The position numbers and the translations under genes are program-made. Positions 14,757-22,939 of a stretch of 64,000 nt of DNA are shown piece after piece. Source of the stretch: Gemmatimonadota bacterium (GTDB taxonomy: Bacteria; Gemmatimonadota; Gemmatimonadetes; Gemmatimonadales; GWC2-71-9); NCBI GenBank assembly GCA_031402225.1, contig JANNSD010000023.1:11612-75611 (forward strand). Direction: 5' to 3'. Below the pieces are notes generated by a model. It was not told where the DNA came from. It was given only the letters and a program-made list of their open reading frames with translations, and made no database searches. Each line of letters begins with the position of its first letter. Positions within the stretch are counted from its first letter, which is position 1.

Positions 14757-16250
14757 GTGAGCCAGTTGTTCCGTCGCAAGCCGATCGCCGAGCTCGTTCC
14801 CGAGAGCGACAACCTGCACGGCCTGAAGCGCATGCTCGGCGCCGGCGACCTGATCCTCCTGTCCATCGGCGCCGTCATCGGCGCCGGCATCTTCTCCTCG
14901 ATCGGCACCGCCGCCGCGGGCGAGGTGCTGCCTTCGGGCGAGGTGGTGCGCTACGGCGCCGGCCCGGCGCTCATCGTCTCCTTCGTGCTGCTGGGGGTGG
15001 TGTGCGGCCTCTGCGCACTCTGTTATGCCGAGCTGGCGGCGATGATCCCCCAGGCCGGCAGCGCCTATGCCTACTCCTACGCCACGCTGGGCGAGTTTGT
15101 CGCCTGGATCATCGGCTGGGACCTGATCCTGGAGTACGCGGTCGGCAATGTCGCCGTGGCGATCGCGTGGAGCGGCTACCTCAATTCGCTCCTCACCGGT
15201 TTCGGCATTCACTTGCCAGGATGGCTGACCCACGGCTATCGCACCGCGCTGAAGAGCCCTGATCCAGCCATTCACAGCCTCCTCGACACCGCCCCCCGCG
15301 TCTTCGGCCTGCCCATACTGCTCAACGTGCCGGCATTCCTCATCGTGATGTTCGTGACCTGCCTGCTGGTGTACGGGGTGAAGGAGAGCATCCGCGCCAA
15401 CAACGTCATGGTGCTGATCAAGCTGCTGGTGCTCAGCCTCTTCGTGATCGTGGGGGTGCAGCATATCGACCCGGCCAACTATGTCCCTTTCGCCCCGAAC
15501 GGCTGGACCGGCATCCACCAGGGCGCGGCGATCGTGTTCTTTGCCTACATCGGCTTCGACGCCATCTCGACCGCGGCCGAGGAAACGAAGGATCCGCAGC
15601 GCAACATGCCGATCGGCATTATTGGCGGCCTGGCCATCTGCACACTCATCTACGTAATCGTTGGCTGGGTGGCCACCGGCATCGTGCCGTATCAGGAGCT
15701 GCGCGCCGCCGACCCGCTGGCGCGCGCGCTGCAGGTGGCCGGGCTCACCCGCGTCAGCTGGATCGTGTCGGCGGGCGCGGTCGTGGCGCTCACCGCCGTG
15801 CTGCTCGTGTTCCAGTACGGCCAGCCGCGCATCTTCATGGCGATGGCGCGCGACGGCCTCCTGCCGCAGTGGGCGGCAAAGATCCATCCGAAGTACCGCA
15901 CGCCCGTGACGAGCACGATCGTGACCGGGTGCGTCGTTGGCCTGGGCGCGCTCTTCGCCGACGAGAACGAGATCTACGACCTGACCAACATCGGCACGCT
16001 GGCCGCCTTCGCCATCGTCTGTATCGGGGTGCTGGTGCTTCGCATCCGGGAGCCGGAGCGGCCCCGGCCATTCCGCGTTCCCATGGTGGGCGCGGTGGCG
16101 CTGCTGGGTGCGGCGGCCTGTGTCTACATCATGAAGGGGCTGCCGCCGCACGCCTGGGAACGGTTCGGGATCTGGCTGCTGCTCGGGCTGGTGCTCTACT
16201 TCGCCTACGGGATACGGCACAGCAGGCTGCGGAGACGCGCCCCGGAGTAG
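14757..16250 (+). CDS. APC-superfamily amino acid permease (cationic amino acid transporter-like)
   Basis: 497-aa ORF (GTG start): GLKRMLGAGDLILLSIGAVIGAGIFSSIG, about 12-14 hydrophobic segments, and a C-terminal basic tail. Confidence 0.85.
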   Translation: MSQLFRRKPIAELVPESDNLHGLKRMLGAGDLILLSIGAVIGAGIFSSIGTAAAGEVLPSGEVVRYGAGPALIVSFVLLGVVCGLCALCYAELAAMIPQAGSAYAYSYATLGEFVAWIIGWDLILEYAVGNVAVAIAWSGYLNSLLTGFGIHLPGWLTHGYRTALKSPDPAIHSLLDTAPRVFGLPILLNVPAFLIVMFVTCLLVYGVKESIRANNVMVLIKLLVLSLFVIVGVQHIDPANYVPFAPNGWTGIHQGAAIVFFAYIGFDAISTAAEETKDPQRNMPIGIIGGLAICTLIYVIVGWVATGIVPYQELRAADPLARALQVAGLTRVSWIVSAGAVVALTAVLLVFQYGQPRIFMAMARDGLLPQWAAKIHPKYRTPVTSTIVTGCVVGLGALFADENEIYDLTNIGTLAAFAIVCIGVLVLRIREPERPRPFRVPMVGAVALLGAAACVYIMKGLPPHAWERFGIWLLLGLVLYFAYGIRHSRLRRRAPE

Positions 16251-16251
16251 G

Positions 16252-17163
16252 TCAGGCTATCCGGAATGCCCTGCTGCTGCGCGCCGCCAGGTGCAGCGCG
16301 CCGTCGAGCGGGTCCACTGGCATCTGTTGCGCCCGCACCAGGGGCATCGCCGCCAGGCGCGCCAGTACCCGGTCACGGAGTGGGCTCCCGGGCCCGAGCA
16401 GGCTGCCGGCCAGTGCCACCGGCACCGGTTGCGGCTGCGTAATCTGGTCGGCCAGGCGGGCCACCAGCTCCGTGAGCTCCAGGGCAGCGTAGGCAGTGAT
16501 GCCCTCCGCGACCGCGTCTCCCGCGGCCGCCACCGCCAGCACCACCGATGCGAGGGCGGCGACCTCGCCCACCGCCGCCGTGGTGCTCCAGCGCACCAGG
16601 TCGTCCAGCCCCGCGCATCGCTGCACCCGGAGCAGCTCGGGGGTAAGCAACGTTTCCTCACCGCGCCCGTCGGCCGCGCGCCCCACCGCCACCAGCGCGA
16701 GGCGGGCAATGGCATAGCCGCTTCCCTCGTCGCTCATCTGCCAGCCGTAGCCGCCCTGCCGGAATGAATCACCCGTGGCGTCGCGGCCCACCGCGATGCT
16801 GCCGGTGCCAGCGCTCAGCACGATGCCCGGGCCATCGCCGAACGCGGCGGCCTCGGCCAGTTCGACATCGGTCACGACCACCACGCGCTCGGCGACTGCC
16901 TCGCCTCGCAGTGCCTGACCGAGCTCCCGTCGCTCCACCTCCCGCCCAACACCCGCGGCGCCCACCACGAGGGTCTCAGCGCGCAGTACGCCGGCGTTGG
17001 CGAGTACCCGTCGCGCCTGTTCCGCGATGACACCCGCCGCCGCGAGTGCGCGACCGGGGCGCACCGCCCCGGCACCACCCAGCGCCTGGCCCACGGCTTC
17101 CCCGTCCTTCCAGGCCACGGCCCGTGTCTTCGAACCGCCCGCATCGACTCCGACGATGATCAC
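16252..17163 (-). CDS. BadF/BadG/BcrA/BcrD-type ATPase (N-acetylglucosamine/MurNAc-kinase-like sugar kinase)
   Basis: C-terminal 303 codons of track ORF 16252..18528, starting at GTG 17163 (GTGA overlap with the symporter stop). VIIVGVDAGGSKTRAV..., GIVLSAGTGSIAVG, GGYGWQMSDEGSGYAIA. The upstream 450 codons of the track ORF are an out-of-frame shadow of the symporter. Confidence 0.75.
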   Translation of the reverse strand: MIIVGVDAGGSKTRAVAWKDGEAVGQALGGAGAVRPGRALAAAGVIAEQARRVLANAGVLRAETLVVGAAGVGREVERRELGQALRGEAVAERVVVVTDVELAEAAAFGDGPGIVLSAGTGSIAVGRDATGDSFRQGGYGWQMSDEGSGYAIARLALVAVGRAADGRGEETLLTPELLRVQRCAGLDDLVRWSTTAAVGEVAALASVVLAVAAAGDAVAEGITAYAALELTELVARLADQITQPQPVPVALAGSLLGPGSPLRDRVLARLAAMPLVRAQQMPVDPLDGALHLAARSSRAFRIA

Positions 17164-18653
17164 GAGGCGATCTCCGGCGTGCGTGGTGTGCTGCGCAGCA
17201 TGATACTCGATGCCACGCCCGTCCCGACGGCCAACAGCGTGCCGAGCGGCACGTACCACGGCCAGGCGAGGCGTCCCACCGGGGCGAGCCACTCGAGGCC
17301 GCCCATCGTCGCGATGCGTGACGCGAAGACTACCACGAGCATCACACTCACCGTCACGGTGACGGCCGCGATCACGTCGCGCGTGCGTGCCCGGGGCCAG
17401 CGACCCGCAAGCACATACGTGCCGAGCAGTGCGCCATAGGTGATCGACGCGATGGAGAGCGCCAGGACCACGGCAGGCGTGTCGGCCTTCGAGGCCGCGA
17501 CGTGAAAGCCGAGCGCCGCGATGATGAGGCCGATGCCCCACACCAGCGACACGAAGCGCCCGACGCGCAGGAGGTGCACCGGATCCCGGCGACCCGTGAT
17601 GGACGCGTAGAGATCGTACGTCACCGCCGAGGCGAGCGCGCTGATCGCCGAGCTGTGGCTGCTCATGGCGGCGGCGAGGATGCCCGCGATCACCAGGCCG
17701 GCAATGCCGCCCGGCAGGGCATGCACGATGAATCCGGAGAACACTTGGTCGCCCGGCATGCCATCGGGTGCCAGGCCCACCGACCAGATGGCGATACCCA
17801 CGAGCAGGAAGAGCGCGAACTGCAGCATCACGACGATGCCGGAGCCGACGAGCGCCACCTGCGCGTCGCGGAGCGAGCGCGTGGCGAGCAGGCGCTGCAC
17901 GATGAGCTGGTCGGTGCCATGCGATGCGGCGCTCAGGAGGGCGCCGCCCACGATGCCGCCGAGCAGCGTGTACGGAATGGTGAGCGAGAGGGCGGGGTTG
18001 ATGAGGGTGAGCTTGCCCGCCTCGGCCGCGCGCGCCAGCACGGGGCCGACCCCTCCGCCAAGGCGGGTCGCGATCCAGAGGGCCGCGATGCCGCCGGTGA
18101 CGTACACCGCGAGCTGCAGCACGTCGGCCCACACCACGGCCTTGAGCCCGCCGAACCAGGTGTAGATGAGTGTCGCGATCCCCATGACGATGATCGCAGC
18201 CGGAACGCTCCAGCCGGTGATGAGCGCCAGCGGCACCGCGCCGGCGAAGACACGCACGCCGTCCCCCAGGAAGCGCGTCACGAGGAACACGACCGAGGTG
18301 ATGCGCCGGGCCTCCGGGCCGAAGCGCCGTTCCAGGCGCTGGTAGGCGGTCTCCTGCTCCCCGCGGAAGTAGCCCGGCAACAGCCACGCGGCGACGCCGA
18401 CGCGGCCGATGAAGTAGCCGATGGTGAGCTGGAGAAAGGTGAGGTTGCCGCGGGCGCCGATCCCCGGCACCGAGATCACGGTGAGCGCGGACGTCTCCGT
18501 CGCCACGATGGAAAGCATGACCGCCCACGCCGGCAGGTCACGCGCACCGAGGAAGTAGTCGCCCGCTGACGACTGCCGCCGTGACACCCAGAGCCCGAGG
18601 GCGAGGGTGAAGACGAAATAGGCGGCAATGACCGCGAGGTCGAGGGGTCTCAT
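17160..18653 (-). CDS. Sodium:solute symporter (SSS) family transporter
   Basis: 497-aa ORF: MRPLDLAVIAAYFVFTLALGLWVSRRQSSAGDYFLGARDLPAWAVMLSIVATETSALT..., with about 13 hydrophobic segments. This is the typical SSS N-terminal signature. Confidence 0.85.
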   Translation of the reverse strand: MRPLDLAVIAAYFVFTLALGLWVSRRQSSAGDYFLGARDLPAWAVMLSIVATETSALTVISVPGIGARGNLTFLQLTIGYFIGRVGVAAWLLPGYFRGEQETAYQRLERRFGPEARRITSVVFLVTRFLGDGVRVFAGAVPLALITGWSVPAAIIVMGIATLIYTWFGGLKAVVWADVLQLAVYVTGGIAALWIATRLGGGVGPVLARAAEAGKLTLINPALSLTIPYTLLGGIVGGALLSAASHGTDQLIVQRLLATRSLRDAQVALVGSGIVVMLQFALFLLVGIAIWSVGLAPDGMPGDQVFSGFIVHALPGGIAGLVIAGILAAAMSSHSSAISALASAVTYDLYASITGRRDPVHLLRVGRFVSLVWGIGLIIAALGFHVAASKADTPAVVLALSIASITYGALLGTYVLAGRWPRARTRDVIAAVTVTVSVMLVVVFASRIATMGGLEWLAPVGRLAWPWYVPLGTLLAVGTGVASSIMLRSTPRTPEIAS

Positions 18654-18658
18654 TGAAA

Positions 18659-18683
18659 AGGGCTCCCCTTTTCAGGGAGCCCT
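18659..18683 (-). terminator. 9-bp GC hairpin between the IscA-like gene and the symporter; its 3' arm contains the symporter Shine-Dalgarno
   Basis: Minus strand reads AGGGCTCCC-TGAAAAG-GGGAGCCCT-TTTCA-ATG. The stem is perfect. GGGAG lies in the 3' arm 9 nt upstream of the symporter ATG (18653). Only a short T run follows. Confidence 0.45.
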
Positions 18684-18684
18684 C

Positions 18685-18715
18685 TCACGACCCACGACTC
18701 ACGACTCACGACTCA
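18685..18715 (-). repeat. Heptamer array (TGAGTCG)x3-TGGGTCG-TGAG starting at the IscA-like stop codon
   Basis: Plus strand: CTCACGAC CCACGAC TCACGAC TCACGAC TCA. On the minus strand, TGA top positions are 18715 (the gene stop), 18708, 18701 and 18687, so all three frames are covered. Confidence 0.8.
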
Positions 18716-19084
18716 AACAGTAAAGCTGCTCCCGCACCCGCACCCGCCGCTGGCGTTCGGGTTGGTGAACGTGAAGCCCGATCCCTGCATGGAGGTGACG
18801 TAGTCCACGACCACGCCGGACAGGTACTGGGCGCTGAAGCCATCGACAAAGACCCGGACGCCGTTCACTTCCTGCACCATGTCGTCGTCCAGCGAGGCTT
18901 CCTCGATGTTCAGGCTGTACTTGAACCCGGAACAGCCACCCGGCAGGACGCTGACCCGCAGGCCGGCCGTCTCTTCGGGAACCTGCTCGGCGGCGATGAA
19001 CTTCCTTACCTCGGTGACGGCGGCAGGCGTGAGGACCAGCTGAAATCCGCTGGGGGCCTGCGTCTGCTCACTGGTGCTGCTCAT
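18713..19084 (-). CDS. HesB/IscA/ErpA-family iron-sulfur cluster insertion protein
   Basis: Internal ATG 19084 of ORF 18713..19123 gives MSSTSEQ.... LRVSVLPGGCSGFKYSL and the C-terminal GGCGCGSSF are the three conserved Cys ligands of the A-type carrier family. Confidence 0.85.
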   Translation of the reverse strand: MSSTSEQTQAPSGFQLVLTPAAVTEVRKFIAAEQVPEETAGLRVSVLPGGCSGFKYSLNIEEASLDDDMVQEVNGVRVFVDGFSAQYLSGVVVDYVTSMQGSGFTFTNPNASGGCGCGSSFTV

Positions 19085-19192
19085 GTGGCCTCCTGATGCG
19101 CCGCGGAACCCCCGGCGCCACAATTTGTTAGGTCATCCTTCTGCATGCAGTCTACGTGCCACCGGAGACCATGTCAATTCAGCCGCCTGGAG

Positions 19193-20944
19193 TCACGGTT
19201 TGGCGGGCAGCGCCGGGACCATGAGACCCGCACCCAGCGGAATTCCAGGCGGAATCGGCACCGGCGTGCGGCCGGAGATGGCCGCGCCGGTGAGGGCGCC
19301 GGCAACCGCCCATTCGGTATTGGCATTGGACGCCCATCCCAGCAGGACGGTGCCCAGCCCTGGCACCTGCGCGCCCACGTACGGCGAGCCCAGCGAGACG
19401 AACACCGTGGGGCGCGTGCGCGCGGTGCTGTCCACCAGTCGGGCAAGCAGGTCGGGCATGCCGATCGTGCCGCGTCCGGCAAAGGCGCGGATCGCCACGG
19501 CAACGATCGCCACCGGTGCGGTGGCAAGCACGGTGCGCGCCGAGTCGTAGCTCGCGGGCCCGCTGGCCGGCGACAGCCGAAACATCGCGATCGTGTCGCC
19601 GCGGGCGCGCAGCTCGCTCAGCAGCGTGGTGCCCGCCGTGGGGTTCAGCTCATCACCGTAGACGATGACACCGCGGCTGCCACGCTGGCGCCTGACACCG
19701 TCGAGCGCCCCGTCGCGGTCACTCAGCAGCACCACCGAACGGGATGCTACCGCGCGCGCGGTATCGCGGAAGGCGGCGTTGCCGACGATGTCCATGACGT
19801 GGTCGAGTGGCACGGTGCGATGCTGGAACAGCCCGACCTTCGCCTTCATCTGCAGCACCCGCCGCACCGAGCGCTCCAGGCGGGCCTGGGTGAAGCGTCC
19901 CTGCTGCAGCGCGGCGGTCATGGCGTCGATGAGGACAGCCGGGTCGGCGGGCTGCAACAGGATGTCCGCCCCGGCGAGGAAGGCGAGTACGCCCGCCTCG
20001 CCGGCCCCGTATCCCGCCAGGAGGCCGCCCATGTTGAGTGCGTCGGTGACGATGACGCCCCTGAAGTGCAGCGAATCGCGCAGCACGCCCGTCAGTATGG
20101 AGGGCACCAGCGTGGCCGGGGTGGGGGAACCGGTGTCGAGCGCGGGCAGGGCCATGTGCGCTGACATCACCGCGGCCACACCCGACTCGATGGCACTGCG
20201 GAACGGCACCAGTTCCACGGTGTCGAGGCGCGACCACGGCACATTCAGCAGCGGCAGTGCCAGGTGCGAGTCGATTTCGACATCGCCGTGACCCGGGAAG
20301 TGCTTCGCGGTCGCCAGCATCCCGTGCTGCTGCAGGCCCTGTATCTCCGCCGACACGAACCGGGCCACCGCGCGCGGGTCCGCGCCGAACGAACGCGTGT
20401 TGATGATGGGGTTGGCCGGGTTGCTGTTCACGTCGGCGACCGGGGCGAGGGCGACGTGGATGCCCACCGCGCGACCCTCCAGCGCCGTGATGCGGCCCAT
20501 GGCGTACGCGTCCCCGTCCCGTCCGGTCGCTCCGATGCCCATATTGCTGGGGAAGGTGGTGCCGCCCGTCAGCCGCAGGGCGGTGCCCGCCTCGAGGTCC
20601 GATGCGATGAGAAGCGGCACGCGCGCTCGCCGCTGCAGGCTATTCAGCTTGGCGGCAATATCGAGCGGCGACCCGATCGACACGAGCAGCCCGCCGACGC
20701 GGAGGGAGTCGACCCACCCGATGATTTTCGCGAGCGCGGGATCATCGTCCGCCAGGTAGGTGCCGGCGATCCAGGGCATCACCAGTTGCGCGATCTGCTC
20801 GCGCGGCGTCATCCGGGCGAGCACTCGTTCCACCTGACCGCTCCGCCCGCCAGCGGTAGACTGGCTCGCGCACGGCGCCACGATCAGCGACAGGCAGGCC
20901 GCCACCAACAGGGGTACGGAGGAACGATGCGTCAGTGGCGCCAT
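19193..20944 (-). CDS. Secreted glycoside hydrolase family 3 (beta-N-acetylhexosaminidase/NagZ-like, with extra C-terminal domain)
   Basis: C-terminal 583 codons of track ORF 19193..22180, from ATG 20944. Signal-like MAPLTHRSSVPLLVAACLSLIVAPCASQ. GH3 motifs KHFPGHGDVEIDSH and RGVIVTDALNMGG. The upstream 412 codons of the track ORF are antisense to the DUF1343 gene. Confidence 0.85.
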   Translation of the reverse strand: MAPLTHRSSVPLLVAACLSLIVAPCASQSTAGGRSGQVERVLARMTPREQIAQLVMPWIAGTYLADDDPALAKIIGWVDSLRVGGLLVSIGSPLDIAAKLNSLQRRARVPLLIASDLEAGTALRLTGGTTFPSNMGIGATGRDGDAYAMGRITALEGRAVGIHVALAPVADVNSNPANPIINTRSFGADPRAVARFVSAEIQGLQQHGMLATAKHFPGHGDVEIDSHLALPLLNVPWSRLDTVELVPFRSAIESGVAAVMSAHMALPALDTGSPTPATLVPSILTGVLRDSLHFRGVIVTDALNMGGLLAGYGAGEAGVLAFLAGADILLQPADPAVLIDAMTAALQQGRFTQARLERSVRRVLQMKAKVGLFQHRTVPLDHVMDIVGNAAFRDTARAVASRSVVLLSDRDGALDGVRRQRGSRGVIVYGDELNPTAGTTLLSELRARGDTIAMFRLSPASGPASYDSARTVLATAPVAIVAVAIRAFAGRGTIGMPDLLARLVDSTARTRPTVFVSLGSPYVGAQVPGLGTVLLGWASNANTEWAVAGALTGAAISGRTPVPIPPGIPLGAGLMVPALPAKP

Positions 20945-22156
20945 GCCTTGGGTCTTTCGCTCGCGGGTCTGCTGGGATGGGGGTGCGTCGCGGCACAGGC
21001 GCCACCGGCCGCTGCCGTCGTCCGCCCCGGTATCGACGTGCTGGTCGAGGACAGCCTGCACCTGGTTGCCGGTCGCGCCGTTGGACTGCTTACCAACCAC
21101 ACTGGCGTGGACCGGCGCGGCATCTCCGATGGCGAGCGGCTGCGTGCCGCCGGGGTCAACGTCGTCGCACTCTTCACCCCGGAGCACGGCCTCCGCGGGG
21201 CCGCCGATCCCGGCGCCGCCGTGGCCTCGACCCGGGATCCCACCACCGGGATTCCAATCTACAGTCTCTACGGACCGAGCCTCGCGCCCACGCCGGCGAT
21301 GCTCACCGGGGTGCAGGTGGTCCTGGTGGACCTGCAGGATGTGGGCGCGCGCTACTTCACCTACATCTCGACCACCATCGAACTGATGCGAGCGGCGGCG
21401 GTCGCGGGCATCCCCGTTATCGTGCTCGATCGCCCGAACCCGGTTGGCGGTGCCGTGCAGGGCAACGTGCTCGACAGCGCCACCCGGTCGTTTGTTGGCA
21501 GCCTCTCGGTGCCGATGCGGCACGGACTGACACTGGGTGAACTCGCGTTGCTGGCGAAGCGCGAGCGTGGGCTCGCCACCGCACTCAGCGTGGTGCCGGT
21601 CTCGGGGTGGCAACGATGGCAGTACTTCGACGACACCGGGGTGCCGTTCGTGCCGCCGAGTCCCAACCTGCGTGACCTCGAAGGCCTGATCCACTATTCC
21701 GGCACCTGCCTCTTCGAGGGTACCAACCTGTCGTCGGGTCGCGGAAGCGATGCCGCGTTCTCTCAAGTGGGCGCGCTGTGGCTCGACCCCTTGGCGGTGC
21801 TGGCGCGGCTGGGGCCCGAGGCCGGGGTGACCCTGTCCCCAACCACCTTCACCCCCCGCCAGCCCGGCGACGGGAAGTACGCCGACACCCTGCTGCAGGG
21901 AATCCGGCTCCGGGTCACAGACCGTGCCATCTACGACCCCCCGGCCACGGCGCTCCGGCTCCTGGTCGCCATCCGGGCGGCGCACCCCGCTGAATTCGCC
22001 TGGATTGCCGCTCATTTCGACCGACTCGCCGGCCAGCCGGGGCTTCGAGAGGCGCTGGAACGCGGAGCTCCGATCGACTCGATCCTGAAGGCCTGGGCAG
22101 GGCAGCGCGCGGCCTTTGAGCCTCGGGCGGCCGGGATCCGCCTCTACCCGCAATAG
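20927..22156 (+). CDS. DUF1343-family protein (exo-beta-N-acetylmuramidase NamZ-like), secreted
   Basis: ATG 20927 within ORF 20264..22156, preceded by GGAGGA (20918-20923). Signal-like MRQWRHALGLSLAGLLGWGCVAAQA, then GLLTNHTGVD, FTPEHGLRG, VLVDLQDVGARYFTYISTT, VLDRPNP, PSPNL. This matches my recollection of DUF1343. Confidence 0.8.
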   Translation: MRQWRHALGLSLAGLLGWGCVAAQAPPAAAVVRPGIDVLVEDSLHLVAGRAVGLLTNHTGVDRRGISDGERLRAAGVNVVALFTPEHGLRGAADPGAAVASTRDPTTGIPIYSLYGPSLAPTPAMLTGVQVVLVDLQDVGARYFTYISTTIELMRAAAVAGIPVIVLDRPNPVGGAVQGNVLDSATRSFVGSLSVPMRHGLTLGELALLAKRERGLATALSVVPVSGWQRWQYFDDTGVPFVPPSPNLRDLEGLIHYSGTCLFEGTNLSSGRGSDAAFSQVGALWLDPLAVLARLGPEAGVTLSPTTFTPRQPGDGKYADTLLQGIRLRVTDRAIYDPPATALRLLVAIRAAHPAEFAWIAAHFDRLAGQPGLREALERGAPIDSILKAWAGQRAAFEPRAAGIRLYPQ

Positions 22157-22260
22157 GCCCTCGCCCATTTGCCCCTGCACGTTCCGGCCGTTATCCTTGG
22201 CCCCGTGCCGAAGGTGAATAATGACACAGAGATCCGGTCCCTTGCCCGAGGGCAGGGAGG

Positions 22261-22905
22261 GTGAAGGCGCTGAAGGCGCTGGAGCGGCCTTTTTTCGCCG
22301 TATTCCGGCCGCTCGTCGACTGGTTGATAGCGCACCGGGTGCATCCCAACACCATCACCACTGTTGGTACGGCGCTCGTGCTCGCCTCGGCGGTTTTCTT
22401 CGGGGCGGGCCACGTGCGACTGGGAGGGCTCTTTTACCTGCTCAGTGGCATCGTGGACACGATCGATGGACAGGTGGCGCGTAACGGTGCGATGGCCACC
22501 CGGTTCGGGGCGTTCTATGACTCAACGCTCGACCGGATCGGGGATGGTGCCATCTTCGCGGGCGTGGGCACCTACCTGATGTTTGCGCCCGGCGTGGCCT
22601 ACCGGGAGCTCAGTGTCATCGTCTGCATGGTGGGGATCATCGCGTCGCTGGTCGTGTCGTACGCGCGCGCGCGCGCTGAAGGGCTGGGCCTGGAGTGCAA
22701 GGTCGGTATAGCCCAGCGGGCCGAGCGCATCCTGCTGCTGGGCATCCCGCCGCTGCTGTTCGGGGCGGGTCCGGGCGGCATCTACCTGCAAGTCATCGTC
22801 GTCCTGCTGACCGCGCTGGGGCTCATCACCGTTGTCCAGCGCATCGTGTATGTGCACGGTGCGGCCAACGCCGCGGATCTGGCCGGGCTGCAGGACCGGG
22901 AGTAG
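22261..22905 (+). CDS. CDP-alcohol phosphatidyltransferase (candidate phosphatidylinositol-phosphate synthase)
   Basis: 214-aa ORF (GTG start) with the family motif D-x2-DG-x2-AR-x8-G-x3-D-x3-D, read as DTIDGQVARNGAMATRFGAFYDSTLDRIGD, plus about 6 hydrophobic segments. Substrate assignment rests on the adjacent MIPS gene. Confidence 0.85.
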   Translation: MKALKALERPFFAVFRPLVDWLIAHRVHPNTITTVGTALVLASAVFFGAGHVRLGGLFYLLSGIVDTIDGQVARNGAMATRFGAFYDSTLDRIGDGAIFAGVGTYLMFAPGVAYRELSVIVCMVGIIASLVVSYARARAEGLGLECKVGIAQRAERILLLGIPPLLFGAGPGGIYLQVIVVLLTALGLITVVQRIVYVHGAANAADLAGLQDRE

Positions 22906-22939
22906 GCCGGTCCGTCACACCAGCGGAAAGGAAGCACGC

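Noticed and set aside
16248-16254. Convergent permease and kinase genes whose stop codons are separated by a single nucleotide, leaving no room for a terminator.
   Set aside because: The observation is real, but it is common in compact high-GC genomes and is not evidence of a special mechanism on its own.
16252-18528. A 758-aa minus-strand ORF spanning the symporter region.
   Set aside because: Its N-terminal 450 or so residues (HRDLGAGDRRPRQPHLSPAHHR...) are a compositionally biased out-of-frame shadow of the SSS symporter (17160..18653, same strand). The real gene is the 303-codon BadF-type kinase starting at GTG 17163.
19193-22180. A 995-aa minus-strand ORF that looks like a giant protein.
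   Set aside because: Only the last 583 codons (from ATG 20944) read as a GH3 enzyme with a signal peptide. The first 412 codons are Arg/Gly/Pro-rich antisense shadow of the DUF1343 gene, which has clear family motifs on the plus strand.
22157-22260. Possible promoter, hairpin or small ORF (22221..22484 in the track) upstream of the CDP-alcohol phosphatidyltransferase gene.
   Set aside because: The -35/-10 spacing of the candidate hexamers (TTGGCC ... AATAAT) is too short. The small ORF is out of frame with, and overlaps, the transferase gene and has no coding-like features.
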